This document shows positions 9,646-19,383 of a stretch of DNA of 48,186 nt, piece by piece (positions within the stretch are counted from its first letter, which is position 1; each line of letters opens with the position of its first letter). A program made the translations under genes and the position numbers. The notes below the pieces were generated by a model, which had not been told where the DNA came from, did not search any database, and saw only the letters and a list, made by a program, of their open reading frames with translations. Source of the DNA: Actinomycetota bacterium (GTDB lineage: Bacteria > Actinomycetota > Acidimicrobiia > Acidimicrobiales > CADCSY01); contig JAHWKL010000004.1 in assembly GCA_019347915.1 (NCBI GenBank), positions 1 through 48,186 on the forward strand. Reading direction: 5' to 3'.

Positions 9646-11481
9646 TCAACCGGCGACGAGCTTGCGGGCGGCGTCGGCGATGTGGCCGGCGTCGATGCCG
9701 GCGGCGGCCAGCAGCTCGGCGGGCTTGCCCGACGTGGGCATGTCGCGGACGGCCAGCTTGACGATCCGGGGGTGATCGTCGACGTCGGCGAACACCTCCA
9801 GCACGGCGTCACCCAGGCCGCCCTCGGGCCAGTGGTCCTCCACCGTGATCACCCGCCCGCCGGCGGCCTTGGCCGCTGCCCGCAGGCCGGCGGCGTCGAT
9901 GGGCTTGACCGAGTAGCAGTCGACCACCCGGGCCTCGATGCCCTCTCCAGCCAGCGTCTCGGCGGCCTCGAGCGCCTCGTGCAGCGTGATGCCGGCGCCC
10001 ACGATGGCCACCTGGTCGTCGTCCGACTGGCGGACGACACGGCTGCCGCCGATCTCGAACTCCTCGTCGGGGCCGTAGAGGACCGGCGTGGCCGCCCGGG
10101 TCGTGCGCATGTAGGAGATGCCGGAGACATCGGCCATGTGGCGGACGAGCTGGGCGGTCTGGTTGGCGTCGGACGGGTAGAGGACCGTGCTCCCGAACAC
10201 GGCCCGCAAGGACGCCAGGTCCTCGAGCCCCATCTGTGAGGGCCCGTCCTCACCGATGGACACGCCGGCGTGGGAGCCGACGAGTGAGAAGCTGGCCTGG
10301 CTGACGGCCGCCATGCGCACGAAGTCGTAGGCCCGGGTGAGGAAGGCGGCGAAGGTGGAGGCGAAGGGCACCCAGCCCCGCACCTGCATGCCGATGGCCG
10401 CCGCCACCATCTGCTGCTCGGCGATGTACATCTCGAAGAAGCGCTCGGGATGAGCCTTCTTGAAGATCTCGGCGTGGGTCGAGTTCGACACCTCACCGTC
10501 GAGTGCCACCACGTCACCGCGCGCCGAGCCCAACGCCGCCAGGGCCTCGCCGTAGGCCTTGCGGGTGGCCATCTCGCTGCCGACCTCGTAGCGGGGCAGC
10601 TCGAGTGCTCCGCTCTCGAAGGTGTGCGGCGAGCCGGAGGGGGGCCCGGGGACCGAGACCCGGATGTCGCGCAGGCCGCCCAGCTCCTCGATGGCGTCCT
10701 CGGTGTCGGCCAGTGCCTTGCCGTGGGCGTCGTCCTCGTCCTCGACCGCGTCCACGCCCTTGCCCTTGAGCGTGCGGGCCACGATCACCGTGGGCCGGTC
10801 AGTCGTCGCCACCGCCTCGGCGTAGGCGGCGTCGATGGCCGCCACGTCGTGACCGTCGATCGGGATGGCGTGCCAGCCGGAGGCCCGGGCCCGGTTCACG
10901 TAACTGTCGAGGTCCCAGCCGTGCATGGTCTCGCCCCGCTGGCCGAGGCGGTTGACGTCGATGATGGCGGTGAGGTTGTCGAGGCCGGCGTGGGCGCCAT
11001 GCTCGAACGCCTCCCACATGGACCCCTCGGCCATCTCGCTGTCGCCGCACAGGACCCACACCCGGTAGGGGAGACGGTCGAGGCTCTTGGCCGCCAGGGC
11101 GATCCCCACGCCGATGGGCAGACCCTGGCCGAGGGAGCCGGTGGCCACGTCGACCCAGGGCAGGATCGGTGTCGGGTGGCCCTCGTAGCGGCTGCCGAAG
11201 CTCCGGAAGCTGAGCAGCTCCTCGTCGCTGGTCACGCCCACCGCCTTGTACACGGAGTACAGCAGCGGGGAGGCGTGGCCCTTGGAGAACACGAGGTGGT
11301 CGTTGTTGGGGTTCGTCGGCTCGTCGAAGTCGTAGTGGAGGTACTTGCTGATCAGTACGGCCAGCAGGTCGGCAGCCGACATCGACGATGTCGGGTGGCC
11401 GGAGCTCGGTCCGGCTGCTGCCCGCACCGAGTCCACCCGGAGCTGCTGAGCGAGCTCTTCCCACTGCTGCTGGTCGGTCAT
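9646..11481 (-). CDS. tkt: Transketolase (611 aa, animal-like type)
   Basis: [36 protein letters not shown]...N (ThDP motif), [18 protein letters not shown]. Confidence 0.93.
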   Translation of the reverse strand: MTDQQQWEELAQQLRVDSVRAAAGPSSGHPTSSMSAADLLAVLISKYLHYDFDEPTNPNNDHLVFSKGHASPLLYSVYKAVGVTSDEELLSFRSFGSRYEGHPTPILPWVDVATGSLGQGLPIGVGIALAAKSLDRLPYRVWVLCGDSEMAEGSMWEAFEHGAHAGLDNLTAIIDVNRLGQRGETMHGWDLDSYVNRARASGWHAIPIDGHDVAAIDAAYAEAVATTDRPTVIVARTLKGKGVDAVEDEDDAHGKALADTEDAIEELGGLRDIRVSVPGPPSGSPHTFESGALELPRYEVGSEMATRKAYGEALAALGSARGDVVALDGEVSNSTHAEIFKKAHPERFFEMYIAEQQMVAAAIGMQVRGWVPFASTFAAFLTRAYDFVRMAAVSQASFSLVGSHAGVSIGEDGPSQMGLEDLASLRAVFGSTVLYPSDANQTAQLVRHMADVSGISYMRTTRAATPVLYGPDEEFEIGGSRVVRQSDDDQVAIVGAGITLHEALEAAETLAGEGIEARVVDCYSVKPIDAAGLRAAAKAAGGRVITVEDHWPEGGLGDAVLEVFADVDDHPRIVKLAVRDMPTSGKPAELLAAAGIDAGHIADAARKLVAG

Positions 11482-11556
11482 CTGGCATCCCCCGTTGCGC
11501 CGGTCGCGTCGATGGTGCTCACCCTACCCGCCGTCCGGGGAGGGACGCCTACCTGC

Positions 11557-12702
11557 TCAGACGTCTCGGAACAGGACCACCGACGCCGTGAAGCCGTGGA
11601 GGAAGCTACGCCCTCCGACGGGGCCGATCTCGCCGGCGCACGACATCCCCGCCACCGGCCCGTCGGCGATGGCCGACGAGACGATGGCGGCGTCGTGATC
11701 GGCGACGGCGAACAGGTGCGAGCCCCGGCCGTTGCACGTGAACAGGAGGGCGGCGTCAGCGTCGCAGGTGGCCATGAGGTGCCGGAGGTCCTCGTCGGCG
11801 GTGTGGGCGTCACGGACCTGGAACTGGACGGTGTCGCCCACGTCGATCTCGTCGCCCACGGCCACCGCCTTGACCTCCCGGTCGGCCCCGAGCACGTTGC
11901 GGATGAGGAAGTCGCCCCGGCCGTAGTCCACCTTTCGCTCGTCGATCACCCGCCCCACGTGGAGGCCCTGCTGGGCCAGCTGGAGATCGTCGGGGCCGAG
12001 GGACTGAACCAGCTCCTGCACCCGGTCGAGGGCGGGGCGCCCGGCCAGCTCGTAGATCACCTGCCGCTCGCCGCGGGTGACGATCATGGGGTCCCCCACG
12101 GGACGGCAGCCCTGGGACACCACGGTGGAGACCTCGACGCCACCGAGGATCACGCCCACCGCCCCGTCGCTGAGCACCTCGTCGCCCAGCACGAGGCGGT
12201 TGCCCCCGGGCCCCCGGGCGGCAGAGGCCAGCCCGCCGACCACGGGCAGGTCGACGCCGACCTGGTCGCGCAGCCCGGACAGGAAGGAGTCGACCGGGAA
12301 GGTGAAGGGGTCGGCGAGCACGAGCAGAGCCCGGCCGTCGGCCGGGAGCCCGTCGGCGGTGGGGAACCCCCTCACCGCCACCTGGTCGCCCACCTGCTCG
12401 GCGGTCAGGCGGAGCGGCGCCACGCTGCTCATGGTGCCTGCCCACAGCGAGATGGCCGGCTGGTCCTCGACCTCACGGGCGCCGCCGACCACCGACGCCG
12501 CGGTACAGCCGACGAGCACCTCGGGGAGCAGGATCGACCGGACGGCGGCGGCGATGTCCTCCATGGCCCCGGTGTGGGCGGCGCTGACGAAGAGCACGGC
12601 CAGCTCGGGCGCCTTCCCCACCTTGTCGAGCACCTGGCCCGTGACCTCGCCCACGGCGTGGGTGGCGAGGGGGTGTTGCGACAGCGCGGCGGCGAAGGGC
12701 AC
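11557..12702 (-). CDS. Stand-alone FIST N/C domain protein
   Basis: [45 protein letters not shown]...LHGFTAS. Confidence 0.9.
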   Translation of the reverse strand: MPFAAALSQHPLATHAVGEVTGQVLDKVGKAPELAVLFVSAAHTGAMEDIAAAVRSILLPEVLVGCTAASVVGGAREVEDQPAISLWAGTMSSVAPLRLTAEQVGDQVAVRGFPTADGLPADGRALLVLADPFTFPVDSFLSGLRDQVGVDLPVVGGLASAARGPGGNRLVLGDEVLSDGAVGVILGGVEVSTVVSQGCRPVGDPMIVTRGERQVIYELAGRPALDRVQELVQSLGPDDLQLAQQGLHVGRVIDERKVDYGRGDFLIRNVLGADREVKAVAVGDEIDVGDTVQFQVRDAHTADEDLRHLMATCDADAALLFTCNGRGSHLFAVADHDAAIVSSAIADGPVAGMSCAGEIGPVGGRSFLHGFTASVVLFRDV

Positions 12703-12711
12703 GCTTCGACG

Positions 12712-13122
12712 CTATCGCCGCGGCGTGAGCGCGTCTCCGCGTTCGAAGCGCACGGCGGCGGCCTCGGCCTGCTCTGCCGGCTCGAGCGGCTGCATGACCA
12801 GGTGCAGGGCCAGCCACAGCGTCCTCGACATCGGGTAGCAGGCGAGGGGGGTGGCGACGGCGACGGCCAGGGCGCCGGCGAGGATGACTCCGACGGGGGC
12901 GTCGGGCAGCGTGAGGGCGAAGGCGACGGAGATGAAGGTCACCAGAGCGGACTGGGTGAGGGTGACGTTGACGAAGTAGACGCCGAGGAAGAAACCCTCC
13001 TCCCGCTCGAAGCGCATCCCGCACCCGGGGCAGTGGTCGACCATGCGCCACCACCTCGTGAACAGCCCGCCGGCCCCGCAATGTGGGCAACGTCTCCGCA
13101 CGCCACGCCAGAGCGCCGTCAC
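12712..13122 (-). CDS. DUF983 family membrane protein (two CxxC plus two TM segments)
   Basis: [11 protein letters not shown]...[13 protein letters not shown] followed by hydrophobic helices; start GTG 13122 inferred. Confidence 0.8.
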   Translation of the reverse strand: MTALWRGVRRRCPHCGAGGLFTRWWRMVDHCPGCGMRFEREEGFFLGVYFVNVTLTQSALVTFISVAFALTLPDAPVGVILAGALAVAVATPLACYPMSRTLWLALHLVMQPLEPAEQAEAAAVRFERGDALTPRR

Positions 13123-13167
13123 CCATCCCGCCGGCTCGATGTGGTCCCTGGCATAGCCTGCACGGCG

Positions 13168-13779
13168 ATGGCCACGGCTGAGACGGCTCCGACCACCCGT
13201 GACGCCATCCTCACGGCGGCCACTCGGGCCTTCGCCGACCACGGGTACGACGGTACCGCTCTCACCGAGATCGCGGTTGCCGTGGGCATCCGCCGGCCCA
13301 GCTTGCTGCACCACTTCGCTTCCAAGGAGGTGCTGTACCGGGAGGTCTTCACCCGGCTGCTGACCGACTGGGCGGTACGGGTGGAGGAGGCGGTGGACAG
13401 CCCCCGCGAGGGGTGGAAGCTCGTCGACCACGTCATCGAGGCAGGTTTCACGTTCTTTCGGGAGAACCCCGACTTCGTCCGGCTCGTGCGCCGGGAGGCG
13501 ATCGAGGGGGGCAGGCACCTCGGCATCGACCTCGGTGCCGCCCTGCGCCCTCACCTCCAGCGGGCGGTGCGGTTCTTCGAGCAGGAGATGGACGCTGGGC
13601 GGTTCCGGCGCCACGACCCCGAGCAGCTGCTGCTCACCGGCTATGGCGCGCTGCTCAGCTACTTCTCGGACGTGCCCTTCCTCGAAGGCCTGCTGGACGA
13701 GGACCCGCTGGGGGAGGCGGCCCTGGCCCGCCGCCTCCAGCACGTACGCAGCTTCTTCAGGGCCGCGCTGGAGCCCTGA
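13168..13779 (+). CDS. TetR/AcrR family transcriptional regulator
   Basis: [44 protein letters not shown]; this is the real C-terminal part of the 1109-aa track ORF. Confidence 0.92.
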   Translation: MATAETAPTTRDAILTAATRAFADHGYDGTALTEIAVAVGIRRPSLLHHFASKEVLYREVFTRLLTDWAVRVEEAVDSPREGWKLVDHVIEAGFTFFRENPDFVRLVRREAIEGGRHLGIDLGAALRPHLQRAVRFFEQEMDAGRFRRHDPEQLLLTGYGALLSYFSDVPFLEGLLDEDPLGEAALARRLQHVRSFFRAALEP

Positions 13780-14317
13780 CGGCGCCGCCGTCCAGCTCGA
13801 CGCCCTCTCGCTGGAGGAGGGCCCGCTTGCACTCGGCGCCGAGGGCGTAGTCGCCCACCCGTCCGTCGCTGCGGACCACCCGGTGGCACGGGATCACCAC
13901 GGGAAGGGGGTTGCGGGCGAGGGCCGAGCCCGCCGCCCGCACGGCGCCGGGCCGCCCCACCTGCTCGGCCACCCAGGCGTAGGGCCTCACCTGCCCGAAG
14001 GGGATCTCGGCGGTCACCATCAGCACCGCTCGCCCGAACGCCGACAGCCCGCCGAGATCGACGGCGAGCCCGCGTGGCGATCCGTTGTGGAGCGCGGCCA
14101 TCAGCCCTGGCGGGGGACCCGCAGCCGGCCGTGCCCGGCGCCCGAGCCGGAGCTCGTACTGCCGTTCGAAGTCCGCCCGGGCAAGATCGGTGGTGCCGGC
14201 GGGCGCCACGCGGGTCAACCCCCGGTCGCCGAAGGCCACGAAGAGCGGCCCGACAGGGCCCTCCACCACGACGTACTCGTCGGTCTCGACTCCCAGTGCC
14301 TCGATCGCCACCACCAC
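13757..14317 (-). CDS. ogt: Methylated-DNA--protein-cysteine S-methyltransferase
   Basis: [27 protein letters not shown] active-site motif; GGAGG RBS upstream of GTG 14317; overlaps the convergent tetR end by 23 bp. Confidence 0.9.
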   Translation of the reverse strand: MVVAIEALGVETDEYVVVEGPVGPLFVAFGDRGLTRVAPAGTTDLARADFERQYELRLGRRARPAAGPPPGLMAALHNGSPRGLAVDLGGLSAFGRAVLMVTAEIPFGQVRPYAWVAEQVGRPGAVRAAGSALARNPLPVVIPCHRVVRSDGRVGDYALGAECKRALLQREGVELDGGAVRAPARP

Positions 14318-14441
14318 GGGTTCCTCCCTGCTCCGAGCGGGCCGGTGCGCCGCCTCCCACCCCGTTGTAGCCCACGGCGCCGATTCGTGCCGGAGCGGCC
14401 TGCCAACGGCACGTCGATGCCGGCCCGTATCCTCGCCGGCC

Positions 14442-15851
14442 GTGCGCCGTCTCCTGGTTCCGGCGATCCTGGCCGTCGTCGCCGTGTCCTCCACCCTGGC
14501 GGGGCTGCGCGCCGGCCCGCCGGCGACCAGTGACGGCGACGACGAGATCGAACTGGCCACCGCCGTCGAGGCGCCCCTGTTGAGCCCCCGCCGGGCACCG
14601 GCCTTGCTCGTGGAGCCCATCGGCAGGGCCCGCCTGGTCCAGGCGCTGCACGGGATCTCGGTGGCCGGCCCCGACGCCGCCTGCCTGCTGGTCACGCAGG
14701 CCGACCAGCCGCTCTACGAGCACCAGCCCGACCTCGCGCTGGCGCCGGCATCCGGCCTCAAGCTGCTCACCGGCGCGGCCGTGCTCGCCCACCTCGACCC
14801 CGGCGAACGGCTGCGGACGACCGTCCGGGCGGCGGCACCGCCGGCTGGAGGAGTGGTGGAGGGCGACCTGTGGTTGGTCGGGGGAGGGGACCCGGTGCTC
14901 GGCACGGCGGCGTGGGCGGCCCACTTCACCCGCCAGCCGGCGCTGGTCACCTCCCTGGAGGCGCTGGCCGACCGGGTGGTCGAGGCCGGGGTGGCCGAGG
15001 TGCGGGGCCGGGTGGTGGGCGACGAGAGCCGGTACGACTCGGTGCGGGCCGTGCCGTCGTGGCCGGCCCGCTACCTCGAGGCCAAGGAGGTGGGGCCGCT
15101 CTCGGCACTCTCGGTCAACGACGGCTTCGCGGTGTGGGAAGGCCGGAAGGAGACCTTCGCCGACCCCCCTGCCGGCGCCGCCGGCGTGCTCACCGACCTG
15201 CTCCGCCAGCGGGGTGTGACCGTGGCCGGCGAGGCGGCGTCGGGGACAGCTCCCGCTGGCGCTGCCGCCGTCGCCGGCGTCGACTCGCCCCCCATGGCCG
15301 AGCTGGTGGGCCAGTTGCTGCGGGAGAGCGACAACGGCACCGCTGAGCTGCTGGTCAAGGAGTTGGGACTGCGGGTGGCGGGGGAGGGCTCCACTGCCGC
15401 CGGTACCCGCGTCATGGCCGAGACCCTGGCGGCGATCGGGTTCCCCACGGCGGGCCTGGTGGTGATCGACGGCTCAGGCCTCGACCCCGGCAACCGGGTC
15501 ACGTGTCGCCTGCTGCACGCCGTCCTCCACGCCAGTAAGGAAGGCGAGCCCCTCCGCCAGGGACTGCCGGTGGCCGGGACCAGCGGCACCCTGTCCCGGC
15601 GACTCGTCGACGACGCCCTGAGCGGGCAGGTGCGAGCCAAGACCGGTTCCATCCGGGGGGTGGCGTCGCTGTCGGGCTTCGCCGTCACCCGGGGCGGTTT
15701 CGACTTGACCTTCTCGTTCATCCTCAACGGGATCAACCGCTTCGACGACGCCGTCCCGCTGCAGGAGCAGCTCGGACGCGCCCTGGTGCGCCATCCGGAC
15801 CTTCCTCAGCTGGAGGAGATCGGGCCCAGCCGCTACCCCGAGGCCGCCTGA
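14442..15851 (+). CDS. dacB: D-alanyl-D-alanine carboxypeptidase/endopeptidase (PBP4, peptidase S13)
   Basis: N-terminal signal-like segment; PASGLK (SxxK), GGGDP, SDN, DGSGL, AKTGS. Confidence 0.92.
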   Translation: MRRLLVPAILAVVAVSSTLAGLRAGPPATSDGDDEIELATAVEAPLLSPRRAPALLVEPIGRARLVQALHGISVAGPDAACLLVTQADQPLYEHQPDLALAPASGLKLLTGAAVLAHLDPGERLRTTVRAAAPPAGGVVEGDLWLVGGGDPVLGTAAWAAHFTRQPALVTSLEALADRVVEAGVAEVRGRVVGDESRYDSVRAVPSWPARYLEAKEVGPLSALSVNDGFAVWEGRKETFADPPAGAAGVLTDLLRQRGVTVAGEAASGTAPAGAAAVAGVDSPPMAELVGQLLRESDNGTAELLVKELGLRVAGEGSTAAGTRVMAETLAAIGFPTAGLVVIDGSGLDPGNRVTCRLLHAVLHASKEGEPLRQGLPVAGTSGTLSRRLVDDALSGQVRAKTGSIRGVASLSGFAVTRGGFDLTFSFILNGINRFDDAVPLQEQLGRALVRHPDLPQLEEIGPSRYPEAA

Positions 15852-15904
15852 GGGCGGGTTCCCATGGGGAGGATGGTCGCGGCGCCGGACGTAACGTCAC
15901 CGGC

Positions 15905-16525
15905 GTGGCCGATGACCTCCCCATGTTCCCGCTGGGGACGGTGCTCCTGCCCGGGGCCCACCTGCCCCTGCAGGTCTTCGAGCCCCGGTACCGGCGCCTG
16001 GTCGAGGCCTGCCTGGACGGCACGCCCGAGTTCGGTGTCGTGCTCATCGAGCGGGGGAGCGAGGTGGGCGGGGGCGATCGCCGTTTCGACGTGGGCTGCG
16101 TGGCCCGCATCCTCTCCGCCGTCCGCCTGGATGAGGAGCGCTGGTTGCTGAACACGGTGGGCACCCGGCGCGTCCGGGTGGTCCGGTGGCTCCCGGAGGC
16201 TCCCTACCCCCGCGCCGAGGTGGAGCCTTGGGACGACCCCAGGCCCGGTCCGGGTGCTGACGAGCGGCGGGCTGCGACGCTCACCGCGCTGCGGCGGGTA
16301 CTGGCCCTGGCCGCGGAGATGGGCGACCCCGTGGCCGACGCCACCACGCCGGTCGGAGAAGAACCCGTGCGTGCGAGCTACCAGATGGCCGCCCTGGCGC
16401 CCCTCGGCGAGCTGGACCGGCTGCGCCTGCTGGCCGCCCCGAGCCCCGATGACCGCCTCGACCGGTTGGCCTGCCTGCTGGAGGAGGAGGCGTCGGTGCT
16501 TGCCAGCCGGCTGGAGGGGGGATAG
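15905..16525 (+). CDS. Stand-alone LON peptidase substrate-binding (LON-N) domain protein
   Basis: LPMFPLGTVLLPGAHLPLQVFEPRY, FGVVLI; no AAA+ or protease domain. Confidence 0.9.
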   Translation: MADDLPMFPLGTVLLPGAHLPLQVFEPRYRRLVEACLDGTPEFGVVLIERGSEVGGGDRRFDVGCVARILSAVRLDEERWLLNTVGTRRVRVVRWLPEAPYPRAEVEPWDDPRPGPGADERRAATLTALRRVLALAAEMGDPVADATTPVGEEPVRASYQMAALAPLGELDRLRLLAAPSPDDRLDRLACLLEEEASVLASRLEGG

Positions 16526-16557
16526 GAAGGACCCCTCCGAGCATGCGAGGACCGTGA

Positions 16558-16884
16558 GTGGCCGAACGACGCCCGAAGGACAAATCGATTCCCAACCTGG
16601 CCACCGACCTGTGGGACCTCGTACGGGCCTACGCCAAGCAGCAGACCATCGAGCCGGCCAAGGGCCTCGGCCGGTTCGTCGGCTGGGGAGTGGCGGGGTC
16701 GCTCCTGCTGGGCGTGGGCACGGTCCTGCTCGTGCTGGCCGTGCTGCGCGCCCTCCAGGACCAGACCGGGACCACCTTCGACGGCAACTGGTCGTGGGCC
16801 CCGTACCTTCTCACCCTGGTGATCTGTGTCGGCGTCATCGGGGCCGCCCTGTCCGCCGTACGAAAGAAGGGGTCCCGCCCGTGA
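16558..16884 (+). CDS. Two-TM membrane protein, phage-holin-like/YqjE-like
   Basis: DLWDLVRAYAKQQTIEP amphipathic N-terminus, two hydrophobic helices, basic tail. Confidence 0.7.
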   Translation: MAERRPKDKSIPNLATDLWDLVRAYAKQQTIEPAKGLGRFVGWGVAGSLLLGVGTVLLVLAVLRALQDQTGTTFDGNWSWAPYLLTLVICVGVIGAALSAVRKKGSRP

Positions 16885-17108
16885 CCACGAGCTCCCGCGC
16901 CGGCCAGGGTGCCACCGTGTCCCGTGACGACATCGAGCAGAAGCTCCGTGAGATCCGGGGCGAGGCCGGCGAGGTGGTGGAGTCCAACCGCGACTACGCC
17001 GTGCTGGCCGCCGTGGCCACGGCCGTGGTGCTCGTGGCGGCGGCGTACTTCTTCGGCCGGCGCAAGGGCAGGAAGCGCACCACGGTGGTCGAGGTCCGCA
17101 GGGTCTGA
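16881..17108 (+). CDS. Small tail-anchored membrane protein (DUF3618/YqjD-like architecture)
   Basis: GTGA overlap with previous stop; SRDDIEQKLREIRG helix, one TM, then GRRKGRKR. Confidence 0.75.
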   Translation: MTTSSRAGQGATVSRDDIEQKLREIRGEAGEVVESNRDYAVLAAVATAVVLVAAAYFFGRRKGRKRTTVVEVRRV

Positions 17109-17320
17109 TGCTGCGGTACCTGTACCGAGCGGGGCAGATGAAGGGCCTCCTCGGTGGCTCCAGGCCCTGGACCCTCATCTGGGCGCTCCTCTTCGGGGCC
17201 CGCATGCTCAAGAAGGCGACCGGACGTGAGTCCGAGGTCGTTCACTCCACGGTGCTCGAACCTGGCGACGGGCTCGTCATCCGCCACGAGCGCCGACCCG
17301 AGCGGCAGCGAAGGCGGTGA
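17108..17320 (+). CDS. Small hypothetical protein
   Basis: 70 aa; TGATG overlap upstream and GTGA overlap downstream indicate translational coupling. Confidence 0.65.
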   Translation: MLRYLYRAGQMKGLLGGSRPWTLIWALLFGARMLKKATGRESEVVHSTVLEPGDGLVIRHERRPERQRRR

Positions 17321-18129
17321 CTCGCCCCTTCCGGCCGGGCGAGCGGGTGATCCTGGCCGACAGCAAGGGGCGGCGGTACCTCCTGGCGTTGTCCGAGGCT
17401 GGGAGCTTCCACAGCCACACCGGCATCGTCCAGCACGAGGCGGTGCTGGGCTGCGAGGAGGGGGTCACGGTGCGGTCGACCACCGGCGCCCGCTACACCG
17501 CCATGCGCCCCACCCTGGCCGACTTCGTGGTGCAGATGCCCCGCGGCGCCCAGGTCATCTATCCCAAGGACCTGGGTGCCATCCTCATGCTTGCCGACAT
17601 CCACCCCGGCGTGCGGGTCCTGGAGGCGGGAGTGGGCTCGGGCGCCCTGTCCTTGGCCCTGGTGCGGGGCGGCGCCGAGGTCGTCGGCTACGAGGTCCGG
17701 ACCGACTTCGCCGAGCGGGCCCGGGCCAACGTGGCCGCCTTCCTCGGTGAGGAGGTGGTCGCCTCCCGGTACCGGGTGGAGGCCGCCGACGTCTACGCCG
17801 GTATCGCCGAACGGGGACTCGACAGCATCGTGCTCGACCTGCCCGAGCCGTGGCAGGTGGTCAAGCACGCCGAGTCGGCCCTGCGCCCGGGCGGCATCTT
17901 CGTGGCCTACACCCCATCGGTCCTCCAGGTGGCGCAGCTGCGGGAGGTCCTGGCCACCAGCAACTTCGAGCTGGCCGAGACGGTGGAGGTCCTGGCCCGG
18001 ACGTGGCACGTCGAGGGTCAGGCGGTGCGGCCGGACCACCGCATGGTGGCCCACACCGGCTTCCTCACCTCCGCCCGCCTGCTCGGCCCGGTGCCCGGTG
18101 GCCTCAAGCCGGCCAGGAGCCCTCGGTGA
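17317..18129 (+). CDS. trmI: tRNA (adenine(58)-N1)-methyltransferase
   Basis: MPRGAQVIYPKD, VLEAGVGSGALS, LDLPEPW, VRPDHRMVAHTGFL; usual neighbour of arc. Confidence 0.95.
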   Translation: MTRPFRPGERVILADSKGRRYLLALSEAGSFHSHTGIVQHEAVLGCEEGVTVRSTTGARYTAMRPTLADFVVQMPRGAQVIYPKDLGAILMLADIHPGVRVLEAGVGSGALSLALVRGGAEVVGYEVRTDFAERARANVAAFLGEEVVASRYRVEAADVYAGIAERGLDSIVLDLPEPWQVVKHAESALRPGGIFVAYTPSVLQVAQLREVLATSNFELAETVEVLARTWHVEGQAVRPDHRMVAHTGFLTSARLLGPVPGGLKPARSPR

Positions 18130-19292
18130 ACCTCTTCGACATCTTTGTCGCCACCCTGGTGATCGTCGGGGTCGTGGGTGGCTACCGGCTGGGGTTCCTC
18201 ACCCGGGCCCTGTCGTGGGCGGGGCTGGCCGTTGGCCTGGTGGTGACCATCCGCTTCCTGCCCGACCTGGTCGAGCTGGTGCCCCTGCCCGCCGAAGGAT
18301 CCGATGCCAACGCCCGCCTGCTGGTGGCCATCGGCGTGCTCCTGATCGGTGCTTTCCTCGGCCAGGGCCTGGGGATGCTGATCGGCACCCAGGCCCACCT
18401 GGCCATCCCCAACGCCGGCCGGCCACTCGACCGCCTCGGCGGGGCGCTGGCCGGGGGACTGGGCGTCCTGGTCGCCGTCTGGCTGCTGTTGCCAACCTTC
18501 GCCCAGGTGCCCGGGACCGTCTCCCGCCAGGCCCGCAGCTCGTCGGTCGCCCAGACGCTCGATGCCGTCACGCCCCAGCCGCCGGACACGCTCAGGGCCC
18601 TCCGGCGTCTCGTGGGCGACACGCAGTTCCCCGACGTCTTCGCCACCCTTCGCCCGGCTCCCGACCTGGGGCCGCCCCCCGCCGAGTCCGGGCTCAGTGC
18701 CGACCTGGCCCGGTCGCTGGCCGCCTCCACCTACCGGGTCGAGGGTGAGGCGTGCGGCCGGCTCCAGGAGGGGAGTGGCTTCGTCGCCGAGCCCGGGGTC
18801 GTGGTGACCAACGCCCACGTCGTCGCCGGCCAGGACACCACCGAGCTCATCGCGGTGGACGGCAGCCGGGCTCAGGCGCAAGTGGTGATGTTCGACCCCG
18901 ACACCGACCTCGCCGTCCTGACGAGCGGCGTGGGGGCGGCGGCGCTGCCCATCGGGCAGAGCGGGGTGGGTGTGCAGGGAGGGGTGTTCGGTTATCCCGG
19001 CGGCGGAGCGCTCGAGGTCTCCCCGTTCGATGTGCGTGAAGCGGTCCAGGCCGTGGGTCGCGACCTCTACGGCGACGGACCCACCCGCCGCCAGGTCCTC
19101 ATCCTCTCCTCGCGGCTGGCGCCCGGCGACTCCGGTGCCGCCCTGGTCGACGGGACGGGGTCGGTGGTGGGCGTGGCCTTCGCCATCGCACCCGACCGGG
19201 CGGGTACCGCCTACGCCCTGCACGTCGACGAGTTGCGCGAGGCGCTGTCAGCTCCCCGCACCCCCACCGACACCGGGCCCTGCCTGCGCTGA
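18126..19292 (+). CDS. MarP-like membrane serine protease (CvpA-type TM domain plus trypsin domain)
   Basis: Four TM helices, then GSGFV, TNAHVV, DLAVL, GDSGAAL triad motifs; Cys in GEACG and GPCLR. GTG 18126 overlaps the trmI stop. Confidence 0.9.
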   Translation: MNLFDIFVATLVIVGVVGGYRLGFLTRALSWAGLAVGLVVTIRFLPDLVELVPLPAEGSDANARLLVAIGVLLIGAFLGQGLGMLIGTQAHLAIPNAGRPLDRLGGALAGGLGVLVAVWLLLPTFAQVPGTVSRQARSSSVAQTLDAVTPQPPDTLRALRRLVGDTQFPDVFATLRPAPDLGPPPAESGLSADLARSLAASTYRVEGEACGRLQEGSGFVAEPGVVVTNAHVVAGQDTTELIAVDGSRAQAQVVMFDPDTDLAVLTSGVGAAALPIGQSGVGVQGGVFGYPGGGALEVSPFDVREAVQAVGRDLYGDGPTRRQVLILSSRLAPGDSGAALVDGTGSVVGVAFAIAPDRAGTAYALHVDELREALSAPRTPTDTGPCLR

Positions 19293-19300
19293 GCCAGGAG

Positions 19301-19367
19301 CCGACGGCCCGGCGGCTGGCGGCATGGCGGCATGGCGGTGGGACCCCCGCCGCGATGGGGCCGTCGG
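19301..19367. terminator. Possible bidirectional stem-loop between convergent genes
   Basis: CCGACGGCCC (19301-19310) / GGGCCGTCGG (19358-19367) arms; long loop with a GGCGGCAT duplication; no U-tract. Confidence 0.4.
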
Positions 19368-19383
19368 GAGAAGGCCCGAACCG

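Noticed and set aside
10450-13167. 1109-aa plus-strand ORF looking like a giant TetR fusion
   Set aside because: All but the last 203 aa is antisense shadow of tkt, FIST and DUF983; tetR has its own ATG and -10 box.
16558-16884. Holin-like gene as prophage evidence
   Set aside because: No endolysin, integrase or structural genes; the family is commonly chromosomal.
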